A DNA stretch of 64,000 nt, taken from assembly GCA_013265495.1 (NCBI GenBank), contig MU057640.1, positions 1,435,303 to 1,499,302 on the forward strand, read 5' to 3'. How positions within the stretch are numbered: the first letter of the stretch is position 1; every line of letters starts with the position of its first letter. This DNA comes from Vicugna vicugna (taxonomy: Eukaryota). Both the position numbers and the translations under genes were made by a program. The notes beneath the pieces are model-generated. The model worked only from the letters and a program-made list of their open reading frames with translations, was not told the origin of the DNA and ran no database searches. Positions 51,210-64,000 of this stretch are shown here, piece by piece.

Positions 51210-52460
51210 TACTTCAATTAATATTATTTCCTGAACACCTACTCTGTGAACTGTTCTAAAGGCCAGGGATGGTGAACACAGCAGAAAAACACTCTTAAAG
51301 AGCTTACATTTTAATGGAGGAGCACAAGAACAAGCAAACCAGTAAATGATACGGGGTCAGACAGCGAAAGGACCACCCAGAGGAATAAAGTTAAAAAGCA
51401 ATACAGCCAAGGGGGGAGGGTATAGCTCAGGGGCAGAGGGTATGCCTGGCACGCACAAGGCCCTGGGTTCAATTCCCAGTACCTCTGCTTAAGTAAATAA
51501 ATAAATAAACCTAAGTTCCCCACTGCTCCATAAAAAATAAAAATAAAAATAATTTAAAAAAAGTAATACAGCCAAGATGGCTAACTGACTGGTCAAGGAA
51601 GGCCTCTCTGTGAAGAAGTTAAACTTAAGAAAACCTAAATACCCAGAAGGAACCAGCTATACAAAGGAAGGACAGTCCAGGCAGAAGGAAGAGCAAGTAG
51701 AAAGACCCTAAAACAGGAACAAACTTAGTGTGTCCAAGTTAAAGAGAGACAGTGTGGCTGATGGGGGTCGGGGGATGACTCAGGGTAGGGGAGACAGATG
51801 GTATCAGGATGCAGGGAAGCTTGGAGGCTGAACTGTAAGAGCAAAGTGAAGCAGTTGCAAGGTTCCATGGCCTCGTCATGAGTGTGGCCCAGCACGAGAT
51901 GCAAATGGCTTGCTTTAAGGTGGGATCAGCAGAGATGGAGAGACATGGACAGGGTTGGGTATTTTGGGAGGTAAAGACAACAACGCATGCTGAATGGATT
52001 ACATATTGTAAAGAAACATGACATACTGATGGATCAAGAAAGAGATGAATCAAGGATAATTACTGAATGTCTAGCTTGAGCAACCGGGTGGATGATTCCT
52101 TTGAGGAATTCAGAGCCAGCAGGAAGCAGGTTTCAGGACTACAAACAGGACGATCAACCATCCTGCTTTGTCTGGGACTGAGAGGTTTCCTAGAATGTCG
52201 GACTTTCAGTGTTGAAACCAAGAAAGTCCCGGGAAAGCAGGATAAGTTGATTACCCTAGATACAGATCGAGTTCTGTGTTGACCGTGTCCACCATATATC
52301 AATGTGGAAATATCAGGAAGGCAGCTGGAAATACAAATCTGAAGCAACTCTGAGCTGGAGACACAGAATTGGGAATCACGGAGACATACCGGTGGCATTT
52401 AAAGTCACAGAACTGATGACATCACGTCAAGAGAGAAGAGAAGAGGACCTAGAACAGAGT
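51210..52460 (-). mobile_element. L2 LINE relic (interrupted by Vic-1-like SINE)
   Basis: TATTTCCTGAACACCTACTCTGTG, GAGCTTACATTTTAATGG, GGCAGCTGGAAATACAAATCTG, GTGGCATTTAAAGTCACAG. Confidence 0.7.
51412..51560 (+). mobile_element. tRNA-derived SINE, Vic-1-like, long-tail form, inserted in an L2 relic
   Basis: Head GGGGAGGGTATAGCTCAG, B box GGTTCAATTCC, AATA-rich tail; TSD AAAAG(C/T)AATACAGCCAAG on both sides. Confidence 0.88.
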
Positions 52461-54458
52461 CTGCATTCCTGCTTTCACAGATAACAGAGAGATGTCTGCC
52501 CCAGTGCAGATCTCCATCTACACAGCTATTGCCTTTCAGACTTAAGACTCCATGTTATTTACTCTTACTTTGCAAATCCTCCCAGAAAATCAGAAACACA
52601 AAGTAAAATGCACATTTCAAATGCTTTGGGTGACTTATTTAAGCTACTTTGCTTAAATAAGCCTCAGCTCTGACTGCCCATGTCAGACCCTTCCTAAGGA
52701 TCATAAAGAGCCCAAATGTACAGAATAGGTTTGTTTACAGTCCATCCTTTCCCTTCTCTTTCCCAAAGCTTCACTGCAAAGAAATCCCACTGTTGCTACT
52801 GACAAACGTCTGGCCTCTTTTTCCTATTCCCAATCCCACTTCCCCCCTTTGCTAATTATCTCCAACAAGCATGACCCTCAACTACCTCAACCAAAATTTC
52901 ACAATTGAGAAAAAGGAACACAGAAGGAAATAAGTAGACAATAAAAACTCTCCAAGGGCAAGTTTCACTGGAGAGGGGCCCACAGTTCAGTGCATTCGTC
53001 TCTCTGAAAAGACTCCTAACACCCTTGGCTGCAACTTAACTTGGGTACATTAATATTCAGAAAAGGAACAATTACCAGAGTGACTCAACAGATGGCCCAT
53101 TTAAACTGTGGGATTAATACAATGTGTCTGGTGACCTAGTTCAAGTAACTAAATAGTAGCCTCCCAATTGGCCAATTTGTGATTGAAAATATCAAATGTT
53201 GGCAGCTGACCCTGTAAAAGCTAACTCTATCTGGCCAATCTGGGCAGAGATAATAAGAGAATAAAACATGAGAAATAATCAAAAGAGGTCCTAGGGTTTG
53301 GAATGGCCATAGCAGAATTAGCTGGCTCCCCTGTGAGACATCTCCATCTTTATGAGGACAAGCATCCTGTCTAGGGAGAATAGGACGACTCAGGGCATTT
53401 AAAAAAAAAAAAAAGATGTTTTCTCACCAAAAAAGACTCTACCTAAAAGATAAGATAACTGAAAAGGTAGACATTCAGAGAACGGCAGTGAAAGGGAATG
53501 AATTATACCTATATCTACTGATAAATGGACCCCGCATTGTGGGGCCCTCTATAGGGCCAAGGACGTCCCAAATTTCTCTTGAGCATTTAAAAACACTCAC
53601 ATGCTGAATCTCTTTTGAAGTTTAATAAAAATGAAGCATTTTTAATCATATGTAAAGGGGGAAAAAAACAGAAAAAGCAGACTTCAGTTTAAAGATAAAA
53701 ACAGTAATAAAAACCTTAGAAGAGTGAGGCTGAAAAGATTATGGTCAAAGAGCTTAAGCAATATCTCACTATATAATTACGCCTTTTCATTTCACTTTTA
53801 TACTAGATACCAAATTTATTTTTAACTAAGAATATTAGCAGTGTAAACATTCTAATGTAAATCACACTTAAAACACTGATCCTCCTGTTGACCGAATGCT
53901 GATAACTTTTTTGGGCATTTAAAAATATATCATAAAACATATTCATATATAATGATTTTACCTGATATATAAATACATTCTATGGTCATTACATTCCTCT
54001 CTGTAAGGATAAAATATTTCAAAAATCCATTGGTAATAAAAGATCATTTCTTTATCTTTCAAAGTAATTTAAATTTTGTAAATGATAGAAATTCAGTGAA
54101 TAAAATGCTGATAGCAGACTTTTCATAACATTAATTGGGTTTACAAACTTCTGACATTATCCTTAAGTACAGTAAAGCTATACAGACATTTAATGGATGC
54201 TAAGTAGCATACAATTGCCCCAAACCAGAAATACAGAATTTAATTAATTTAATACATTTTAAGTGCTTTTAATTGCTTCATCTTCATTCCAGTGAAATCA
54301 CTAAACAATGCTTCACGTATCTATTCCATTAGTATTAAGACACTATTTATAGCTTTAGCATTTACTGATCTGAAAATACATTCATCCTTAGTTGGTGCGT
54401 CCTTTAAAAAATGTATTCTGCGTTGACATTATGGCTTTACAAGAATAAGTAGAGCTTT

Positions 54459-54709
54459 AGGGGGTGGGAGGGATAAACTGGGAGTTCAAAATTTGTAGAT
54501 ACTAACAGTCATATGTAGAACAGATAAACAAGATTATACTGTATAGCACAGGGAAATATATACAAGATCTTGTGGTAGCTCACAGCGAAAAAAATGTGAC
54601 AATGAATATATGTATGTTCATGTATAACTGAAAAAATGTGCTCTACACTAGAATTTGACACAACATCATAAAATGACTATAACTCAATAAAAAAAAAAGT
54701 TAAAAAAAA
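54459..54709 (+). mobile_element. 5'-truncated young L1 3' end
   Basis: GGGGTGGGAGGGATAAACTGGGAGTT...CTCAATAAAAAA L1 3'UTR; TSD AAGA(A/G)TAAGTAGAGCTTT at 54441-54458 and 54710-54727. Confidence 0.85.
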
Positions 54710-55049
54710 AAGAGTAAGTAGAGCTTTGTAATGAGAGGCATTCTGACAAAGAGAGAAAAGCAGATGCTATCTGGGTGAAGAAATGAAACGAAAAACTCCA
54801 GGTAGGAGTTTTTGAAGATGAGGAGTATCTTGAAGATGAGGAACTCAGGAACATGTTCTGTCCTAAGAAAGACAGAGGCTGCTCTATCTACAGTCACGCA
54901 CCAGAGCCAGCCTACTGACCAGCAGCTCAGAGGGAAAGGAGCCCTCTGTGAGAATGGTTGAACAAAAAATTATCCTGGAGAATTAATATACTCTGAAATT
55001 ATTTTCATAATTAAGTTAAATTTAAAAATCTATCCATGAACCAAAAAAG

Positions 55050-55255
55050 TTTTCAAAGTATAATCAGATTACAATATTGTGTCAATTTCTGGTGTACAGC
55101 ATCATGTTTCAGTCATACATAAACATACATATACATATTTTTCTATTCTTTTTCACTACAGGTTACGGTAAGATATTGACTATAGTTCCCTGTGCTATAC
55201 AACAGAAACTTATTGTTTACTTATTTTATATATAGTTAATTAGTCTGCAAATCTT
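55050..55255 (-). mobile_element. L1 3' end fragment (related artiodactyl-type subfamily)
   Basis: AAGTATAAT...TACAATATTGTGTCAATTTCTGGTGTACAGCAT...TATAGTTCCCTGTGCTATACA, the reverse complement of an L1 3'UTR. Confidence 0.75.
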
Positions 55256-55788
55256 GATGAGCTCCTTTTTTCAAAAACATTTTCAAGTTTCTGATGCACA
55301 GGAAATTCTACCGTGTCTCTAAATATTAAGATAAACAAGTTACTACCCTCTAGCAATAAAGAGCTGTTACATAAAACCACACAGAGCACAATGCAGTAAG
55401 CACCACAGTCTAATTCTGACAACTATTCTTCTAGCTGGATTTGGAAAGTGCCCAGAGAGATGACCCGCAAAGAGTTGTGAACAGGTGCAAGCACATGCAG
55501 GGGAAAAAAAGGAGAGCCAACTGCCCATCCTGGGCCATCGCACAGGGAGGGAAAGAGAGGCAGCACCACCATCCCCCGGCGCAGCCATCTCTCTGACCAC
55601 CAGACCAGGCGAGACAGCCATCCTTTCTAGCGAACTCCAGGGAACCATCCATTCTTTCAAAGCACTTCCCATGCTTTATGGTGAGTTCTTTTGGGCCAGC
55701 GATCAGGTCTTATCAACCTGTACAGCCCCAGACACCAGCACGTCACACGGCACCTGCTCGATAAATATCGGACATAAGAATAAACGGG

Positions 55789-55900
55789 ATATATGAAAAT
55801 GTGTCTGTATAAGCGTGACTGGGACTTTGTGCTCCACACCAGAAACTGGCACATTGTAACTGACAGCACTTCAATTAAAAGTATTTTTAAATTAAAAAAA
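55789..55900 (+). mobile_element. Short L1 3' terminal fragment
   Basis: ...CACACCAGAAACTGGCACATTGTAACTGACAGCACTTCAATTAAAA + A tail; TSD AAGAATAAA(C/T)GGG at 55776-55788 and 55901-55913. Confidence 0.75.
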
Positions 55901-56465
55901 AAGAATAAATGGGGACTCACAGTCTCTAAGGCATTAAACTGCTGTGACTCCCCTTTACCTGGCAAAGTAACAAGGATCTTCTTAAAAAAAAGAAATGAAT
56001 CAGAAGAAGAGAAGCAAGTAAAAGAGAGGAAGCTACTTTCTTGGCGGTGGGAGAACCAAGATGAAGAAAAAAAGAGTCACTCTTTGGGGAATGAGGCAGA
56101 AAACAAAGAAAAGATGATGCAGCCATGTCACCAGCAAAGGAAAGCCCAGGGACGTGCAGACTGAGGACTGGGTACCTGGAAACCAGGAGGTCCCAGAGTT
56201 ACAGGACTTCAGGAGCAGAAGCCACAGTGGAACAAGTTTACATATAAACTTAACAGTTGAAACAGAGCACTTTTTTTCCCTCAAGATCAGGAATAAGACA
56301 AGAAATCTATTCTCACCATTTCCAGTCACCCTCATATGGAAAGTTTTAACTAGTTCAGTAGGGCCAGGATAATCAATTTAAAAAGGTATAAAGATGAAAA
56401 AGAAGTAAAACTGTCATTGTTCACAGACATCTGTCACGATTATGTATGTCAATACCCTATAAAAT

Positions 56466-56490
56466 ACACACACACACACACACACACACA
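56466..56490. repeat. (CA)12 microsatellite
   Basis: Perfect dinucleotide run. Confidence 0.95.
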
Positions 56491-56688
56491 ATCTTAGAAC
56501 TAGCATGTGAATTTAGGAGTTTTGTAGAATATAAGGTCAATTTACAAACAGCAATTGTATGTTTCTGTCCTGGCAAGGGAACAGCATAAATGAAAGTTAA
56601 AACATTATCATTTAGAGGAGCATAAAAATCTAATTATGTGACATAATATCTGCTCAATAAATATTTGATATAAGGATAAATGAATGAG

Positions 56689-56796
56689 GGGGAGGGTGTA
56701 GCTCAGTAGTAGAGTACATGCTTAGCATGCACAAGGTCCTGGGTTCAACCCACAGTACCTCCATTTAAAACAATTTTTTTAATTAAAAAAAGAAGA
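56689..56796 (+). mobile_element. tRNA-derived SINE, Vic-1-like
   Basis: Head GGGGAGGGTGTAGCTCAGTAG, B box GGTTCAACCC; TSD ATAAATGAATGAG at 56676-56688 and 56797-56809. Confidence 0.88.
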
Positions 56797-57594
56797 ATAA
56801 ATGAATGAGAAGAGGAAAAACCAATAAAAGCTAGTAATATATCTAATGAAGGATATGAAAAACTTCTCTATTGAAAACTACAAACCACTGCTGAGAGGAT
56901 TCAGGGGAGAGGTTTGTGCATGAGCAGACACGGTATTATCAAAATGTCTACTCTCCACAGACTGAAAAACAGGTTCAATGAAATGCCAGTCAAAATCTAG
57001 CAGGCTTTCAGGAAACAAACAAACAAAAAAAAAACAATGACAAGTTGATTCTAAAATCTGTACAAAAATGCAAAGGATCTATAACAGTCAAACAATTATG
57101 AAAAAATGAAAGTTGGAGGTCTTAACTACTTGATTTCAAAATTTATAATGCTGCTGTTCTCAAGACAGTGTATAATTGGCATAAGAACAGACAAATGGAC
57201 CAATGGAATAGAAAACAGTCCAGAACAGACTCACACATGTCGGGTCAACTGATTTTCAACCAAGATACCAACTCAGTTCAAGAGGAAAAAAGTCTTTTAA
57301 TTATACAAATAGTAATGGACATACGGATGGGGGAAAAAAACATCAAAACAATTACTTTATTTCACACACAAAAAATTAAAGACAGGTTATCAACCTAAGT
57401 GCAAAAGATAAAACCCTAAAGCATCTTTAAGAAAATACAGAAAAACACCTTCCCAATTTTGGATAGCCAAGGATTTTTTTTGCATAACACATAGTAAAGC
57501 ACTAACCATGAAAAAATGATAAATTGGACCTAAAATTAAACTTTCTGTTCATCAAGAGACATCATTAAGAAAAAAAAATATCTATAGATATATA

Positions 57595-58742
57595 TCTGTC
57601 TCTTAAAGCAAAGGAAATAAAAGCAAAAAAACAACAAATGGGATCTAATTAAAAGCTTTTGTACAGCAAAGGAAACCATCAATGAAATGAAAAGACAGCC
57701 TACTGAATAGGAGAAAATATTTGCAAGTAATATGACCAATAAGGGGTTAATATCCAAAATATATGAACAGCTCGTACAACTCAGTATCAAAACAAAACAA
57801 AACAAAACAAAACAAAACAAAAAAAACCCAACCCCACTGAAAAAGAGGCAGGAGACCTGAATAGACATTTTTCCAAAGAGGACATGCAGATGGCCAACAG
57901 GCACATGAAAAGATGCTCAACATCATTCATCATCAGAGAAATGCAAATTAAAACCACAATGAGATGTCACCTCACACCCGTCACAATGGTTATCGTCAAA
58001 AAGAACAAAAATGACAAATGTTTGCAAAAATGTGGAGAAAGGGGACCCCCACAGATACTGTGGGGGGAAGTACTGGTGCAGCCACTGTGGAAAACAGTAA
58101 GAAGCTTTCTCAAAAAACTAAAAATAGAACCACCAGATGACCCAGAAATTCTACTCCTGGGTATATATCCGATAAAAATGAAAACACTAATTAGAGAAAT
58201 ACATGCAACCCAATGTTCATGGCAGCATTATTTACAGTAGCCAAGGTGCGGAAGTAACCCAAGTGTTCATCAACAGATGAATGGATAAAGAAGATGTGGT
58301 GTGTGTGTGAACCCTATTCAGCCATTAAAACAAAGAAGAATGAAATTTTGCCATTGGCAACAACAGGGATGGACTTGGAAGGTATTATACTAAGAAAGTC
58401 AGCCAGAGAAAGACAAATACTGCATGATATCACTTAATATGTGGAATATAAAAAACAAAACAATGTACCAAAAAAGAAACAGGCTCACAGATACGGAGAA
58501 CAAACTAGTGGTCACTAGTGGGGAAAGAGGGGGGGACAGGGACAAGATAGGGGTAGGGGATTAAGAGGTACAAACTATTATGTATAAAATAAATAACCCA
58601 CAAGGATATACTGCACACTACAGGGACTACAGCCAACACTTTATAGCTATAAATCGAGTTTACTAACTTAATGATTGTGAATCACTATGTTGTTCACTTG
58701 TAACTTATATAATATTGTACATTAACTATATTTCAATCAAGA
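57595..58742 (+). mobile_element. L1 3' part: ORF2 C-terminal region (disrupted) plus 3'UTR
   Basis: Translation [32 protein letters not shown]...VQPLWKTV is the L1 ORF2p C-terminus; G-rich 3'UTR at about 58520-58560; stops and frameshifts present. Confidence 0.92.
57788..57822. repeat. (CAAAA)n pentanucleotide repeat inside L1
   Basis: About 6-7 tandem CAAAA units. Confidence 0.92.
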
Positions 58743-59055
58743 AGTCCCAAAAGAATATAAACATACATGTATACATACACATATATGTATATATTCTATA
58801 TGTGTACACATTTATATGTTATTTAAATATATATAGGTAACATATTGAAAATTTTACAAATCAAGAAAGATAACTCAATGATATTTTAGAACAATAATCA
58901 AGACTTGAGGACACTCTGCAAAAAAAGATGAATGGCCAATAAGCACATGAAAAGATGCTCGAAACCATTAATCACCGGGAAAACTTGATTAAAATCACAA
59001 AATCACTATTTCACACTCACTCTACCAGAATAGCTAAAATTTAAGAAATAAACAG

Positions 59056-59532
59056 TGTGTCACACTGACTTCATTTTGTCAGCTCCCTCCTAGTCTTACC
59101 GCCCCTCTTCTTTCTATGTGACTGAGCTTTAACCTCCTCACCCCAGCCAGATAAGTTCTCTATTCACTTACCCTTGCCTTCATCTGGTATGAAAACTAGA
59201 AGGAATGTCTTTTGCTAACACAGATGGTTAATGGTCATGAGACCCCATGGGGAGGAAAAATGCCCAGGTCCTCCTGTCGATGTAGACATGCTTCTCCTTG
59301 GTGGTCAGGGTCTGTTTTTAGCTTTGCTCCTTCAAGTCTCTTGTACCGCTTTCGGTGTCACTGAGCACAGCTCTGAGTGCCCACGGATGGTGGTTCACCC
59401 GGTCCTGCCTGTACGGAAGTTCTCTACAATAAACTTCCTAACTGCACTTCGTGGAGTTGCCTGTTTTGTTTTTCAGTCTCGAAGTTCCTTCTCAGTTTGC
59501 AGGATGTTACTCCATGTCTCTGCCTTCCAACA
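59056..59532 (+). mobile_element. Probable solo LTR (ERV) nested in the old L1
   Basis: About 480 bp, begins TG and ends CA, internal AATAAA about 100 nt before the end; the L1 sequence resumes on both sides. No clean TSD seen. Confidence 0.55.
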
Positions 59533-62500
59533 CACGCTGACAATACCAAACGCTCATAAGAACACGAAGCAACTGGAACCCTCATAAATTATTAATTGCT
59601 CAAGTATAAAATGGCACAACCACTCTGGAAAAAGTTTGGCAGTTTCTTATACAGTCAAACATACATATATTCTATGATCCAACAACTCTACTCCTAGGTT
59701 TTTACCCAAGAGATATGAAAATAATGTCTACAAAATGACTTCATAGAAGTGATTATAGCAGCCTTATTCATAATAGCCAATAATAACTAGAAACAACCCA
59801 AATGTTAGCAACACTTAAAATCTATACATTTTATTGCATATATCTTATAAACTGGTCCTACCCTCCTCCCCCCAAAACCACCAAAATTCTAGAAGAATTA
59901 AGGTATAAAAGAGTGATGGACGAGTCTTTCCCGCACCTCCACACACACACACTTTTTGTTTTTCCTACATTGGAAACAAGTAAGAAAGAGAGATCTGAGA
60001 GTGGGTGGGGAGATGTGTGCTGGAAAAGGAAAGAAAGATGAAGGATGTTTACAGGCAGAAAAAGCATGAAGAGATGAAGGGAGAGTAGAGAATGGAGTGC
60101 CAGGACCAGAGGATTCACATCTGGAGCAGGCAAGGGGACCCCAGGATAGACGGGGTGGGCAGGTCAGCTGTGGGGAAGAACAGAACTTCAGTAAGCACTG
60201 AGTGAAGCCTGGAGAGCAGAGGAGCGGAAGGCGCTGGGGTGCTGGGAACTCTCCAGCACGGGGGACCCAGGGGCTTGCCATACAGCTGTCTTTGACTCCT
60301 TCCTCTCCCTTAACCCAACAGTCGGTCAATTCCTCTGTGCCATCCAATGGAAAATGTACTGAATGGAGGGAGAACCCTGAGTTGTCTGTGTGACTGCCGT
60401 AACACTCGTTTAAAAGAAGGAGAACATATCTGGCAAAGACTAGAATCTCTCCATTGAATGATGTCTGCATTGTGTCAACATGGATTAACTTTTATAGAAA
60501 GAAGTATGCAAGAGCCCATCTGGTTCCTGCTCTTTAAATGACTTGTTTTATTATTTCTAACAAATAACTATGCATTTGGGCCTTTATTTACTTATCCTTA
60601 AAATATACATCACAGACTAATAAACACTAGAATCCTTAGATTAGCCAAACATTCTCAATATGGAACATGCTCTCTAGATTAATTCACTCACCAAGAAGTG
60701 GATATTAACATTTAATAAATGGCCCAATGAAGGAGCTAATTCACTTCATATGGAGGGGTGAATTATTCTCACTAGATGTAAAGACAAGAAATTTTCCTCC
60801 ACATAGCTTGAACAACTTCTGGGGGCCATGAGAGCTACAGTTTAGACTGTCTTTTCTCTATACGTCTGAGTACTCTTTTGGAACACTACATGATTTTACT
60901 CTAATCTCAAACTATTTAAATAACTGATAAATTTAATATCATCTCTCTTTTGAAGGAGGAGAATTCTATCTTAACAAGAGTTAAAAATGTTTTCCCCGGG
61001 GCAAATCAAGTGTTTCCACTGCTCCTGTATCCTTTTTCTTATTCAACCAGGACATCACTTCCAAGATAACTGACACAAATTTTTTGGTCTGCCCTAGCTA
61101 GCTAACACTCAGTGACTTTACAAAATCCAAAATTCCAGAAAGCAAATTCTAGGAATCAGTGTTATCACAGCCTTTTGTGGACCTGAAGCTCAATATACAC
61201 TGGAAAGGAAGGCACAGAGTGAGCTGAGAAGCACCCCTCTCATCAGGCCATCGTATAACACATACACTAACCAGCCCATCTCTTCCCCTGGCGGTGCAAG
61301 CTGCTGACAGCGAGCCATTAGTGTCCTGAAACAATTCCAAGAGACTTCTCAAGGTAAACTATTGGCCAGCCACAAGGAAAGTCAAATCTCCATGATCCGA
61401 TCTTTTCAGAGCTCCCCATTACAGTCAGTACTGGTTTACTATGAGACACAAGAAAGCATTCTACTGCCAATGCAGAAGCAGTTTTAAGCCGGCTTCCAAA
61501 TGCCACCTGGCGTCACCCCAGGGACCGGGCACCCTCTCAGATGACATCTGCAGCAGAACACACACTTCTCCCACAGCGGGTTGGGGGTTCAGCAGCAGTT
61601 CTGCTTTCTGGTTACTCTGGGAGACAGAGGAAGGAAATGACTACCTCCCCACCCCGTTACTTCATTCTCCTTGCAAGTTACGCTCTCGGTAGTCCGCGTC
61701 ACGAACCTCCCCACAAGAACAGTCTTTCACATCCACGAGGGCAAAGAGTTAAATCATATGCACAAAACAGCTGTATTCTATAGGAAAGCTCGACAAAGAC
61801 TACAAGCCCATCTGTCAGAGAAACAGTCCCCTTGCTGAACAGAAGGGAGACTGAGACCTGAAATGGTAATTCCAAGAGCCAGCTACTCTTCATGGGGCCG
61901 GGAACGTCACGGTCACCGCCAACAGAAACTTACTGCTGTACATAAAGGGCAGTGACTCCTCTCTTTTAAATATTATGAAATACCAACAACTCGTTTGAAT
62001 GTAATATATGCTATATTTGTTCAATGGACAAAGCTTTTTCTATTGCAAAAGGTCCACGCAGGTAAAAGCTGGCTGAATCAGGAAACAGCTATTCCCTGGA
62101 AACAGGACTGTCAAAAGCAGCTTGTTCTCAGATGGAGGTCATGAACTGAGCAGAGAATATTTACAGTTAACCACTCAAGCACAGAAGAACTGTAACAACA
62201 CCCTCTCTCACTTACGACAGTTTACAGTTTACTAGAGAGCATTCTGGTATTCATTATCGTTTGGGAAAATGGGCCAAGTCCACTGAGGAGGGCAGGAAGT
62301 ATCCCGGCACCAAAGAGCACGTGGCCCTCTGCCCTTGGAGGGGAAGAGACTCACAAAATCAAAATAATTGCACTTTCTCTTGTGCTGAAAAACAGCTGAG
62401 AAACAGTAACTAAGAAACCATCTTACGGCCTAGATTTGAAAGCATCTGCAGTTAGTGGCGGGCTGCATACAATAAACACAACCCAAAAAGGGGAGTCTGG

Positions 62501-64000
62501 AAAAGAAAGATGCTAACTACTTATTGAGAAACCAGAAACTTTTTCTTTTCTTCCTTTCTTTCATTTTTTGATTGTTCTTTAAGCATTGAAACTTATAGGA
62601 ATGAGCCCACGTTGCCCTTTTGTACCCAGAAATACCAGAAAACAGCCAGAAACTCCAAAAAGCATCGTGACCTTGCCTCTATTTTATAACATTAGGAAGA
62701 AAATAAACTTGACAATGAAATTTAGAAACTTAGTAATAAAGACAGAGAGATGTGCAGAAGCAAATGAGAGAAGGCAGAAGAGAAACGTGCAAGGCCAGAC
62801 TCCATTCTGCCAGGCGTCACAGATGAACTGCCTTCCTCGCCACAGGTGACAAACAGCGCCATGCACAGGAGAAAGGATTATAATGAACGTAGTGATTTCC
62901 ACCTGTGTTTTCATACCACCACTAGGGGACTCCAAGAATCTCAAAGAATATGGCAAAATTTTATTCCACCAATTAACTGGAGGACTAGGGTACCACAAAA
63001 ACTGAATGTAAGAATGCTCAGAAATCACCTCTCTGGGAACTAGGCAACAGTGTAGCCTTTTACTTTGAAACTTGAAAAGAAAATAACTCCTCACACTTCT
63101 CATGCTTCTATAGAAAGAGACACCCTACTGTATAGCATGACGGAAGAAGGTAAGATTTTTTTTTTTTAGAAGAAAGGTATTCAACTTATTTCATAGCCTT
63201 CCTCACCAAATTAACAAAGGAGGTAATCCATCTGGTCAGAAATTAGAATGGCTATTTTAAGGAAAGAGGGAGCCTATTTTTTTCCTGCAGTTAACAAATC
63301 AAAAGAAAGTCAGTCAAACTTTCTATTAACTTAGCATCTACTATGGGGGAAACAAACAACAAGAACACTAACAAGTTAGCTTCTGCTTAAAGCTGTCCTC
63401 AGAACTTGGCCATAAAATAACTCCCCGGTGCGATTCAGGTCAACAAAGAGGCTCAGTGAAAGGAGTAATGGCAAAGTTAGCAATTTCTCTGTGCTGCTTC
63501 ACTTTTGTAGGCTACAAACTTTTTACTTGAACTCTTTTCTCTCAAATTTCCTTCCCACATCAGTTTTACAACTTCATTATTGTGGTTGGAGGTGAACTCT
63601 ATTCCACCATCTTGACTGCCTCCAGACCACTTCATTCTTTATTGATTTTATTGCCATCTTCCACTTAGAACAAAGTCACCAACCCCCCGACCCAGTGTCT
63701 CTCATATTAAAAAAAAAAAAAAAAAGGAAGGAAATTGAGATGGAGAGGTAAAAAGATAATCCATTTTGAAGGAATGGGCATGAGGATTGGGAGACCAGTT
63801 ATGAATGGCATCCAAATCCTTTTCAAGAAGAGATCACACTGGAACCTTACTGAAACAAAGAAAGAAAATACCTGTCAAGCTGTCTTTGTGCAGGAGTAGC
63901 AAACTTAAATCAGGAACCAACCGACAGACAGTGTTGTAACTTGTTAGGAGTCCAAGCAGCAAATACACAAATAGGGAGGGTTCTTCACATGCAGCTTTAG

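Larger units (their letters stand above)
56380..59810 (+). mobile_element. Old L1M ORF2 relic in pieces (about 56380-57570, 58845-59050, 59535-59810), interrupted by younger insertions
   Basis: Collinear decayed ORF2 motifs: GAAGTAAAACTGTCATTGTTCACAGAC, WHKNRQMDQWNR, ATGGCCAATAAGCACATGAAAAGATGCTC, CAACCACTCTGGAAAAAGTTTGGCAGTTTCTTA. Confidence 0.8.

Noticed and set aside
54832..54843. Short direct duplications (TTGAAGATGAGGA here and 18 nt upstream; ACCCAGGATATC at about 30932-30965; AGCTTAAACT at 11-38)
   Set aside because: Two-copy slippage duplications without regular spacing; not CRISPR-like or otherwise structured.
57884..58240. 118-aa ORF as a host gene
   Set aside because: L1 ORF2p C-terminal remnant within a truncated, disrupted L1.
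1..64000. Prokaryotic-type or novel multi-gene system (CRISPR, operon, intact viral insertion)
   Set aside because: The window is explained by one spliced mammalian gene plus decayed repeats; no repeat-spacer array or long unexplained ORF was seen.

Overview
Mammalian genomic DNA, very probably a camelid (camel/alpaca/llama), judged from six tRNA-Ala-like SINEs matching the Vic-1 type. The window appears to lie inside the SIPA1L1 (SPAR1, Rap GTPase-activating protein) gene on the minus strand. Two coding exons are clear: the large first coding exon (CDS 25240->23743, 5'UTR part from about 25543) and a 131-nt exon (4779->4649) that splices in frame to it (...[18 protein letters not shown]...). 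The rest is intron with L1, L2, MIR, LTR, hAT and Tigger relics. I see no evidence of a new multi-gene system. The most interesting signals are regulatory and all unverified: a frame-preserving 33-nt candidate microexon (20404->20372), a uATG-dense 5'UTR with a uORF whose stop overlaps the main ATG plus a possible bypass acceptor, a CpG-rich candidate alternative promoter/first exon with two CTCGCGAG palindromes, and a readable fossil hAT transposase. Repeat family names come from recalled consensus sequences, not a database search, and old-repeat boundaries are approximate.
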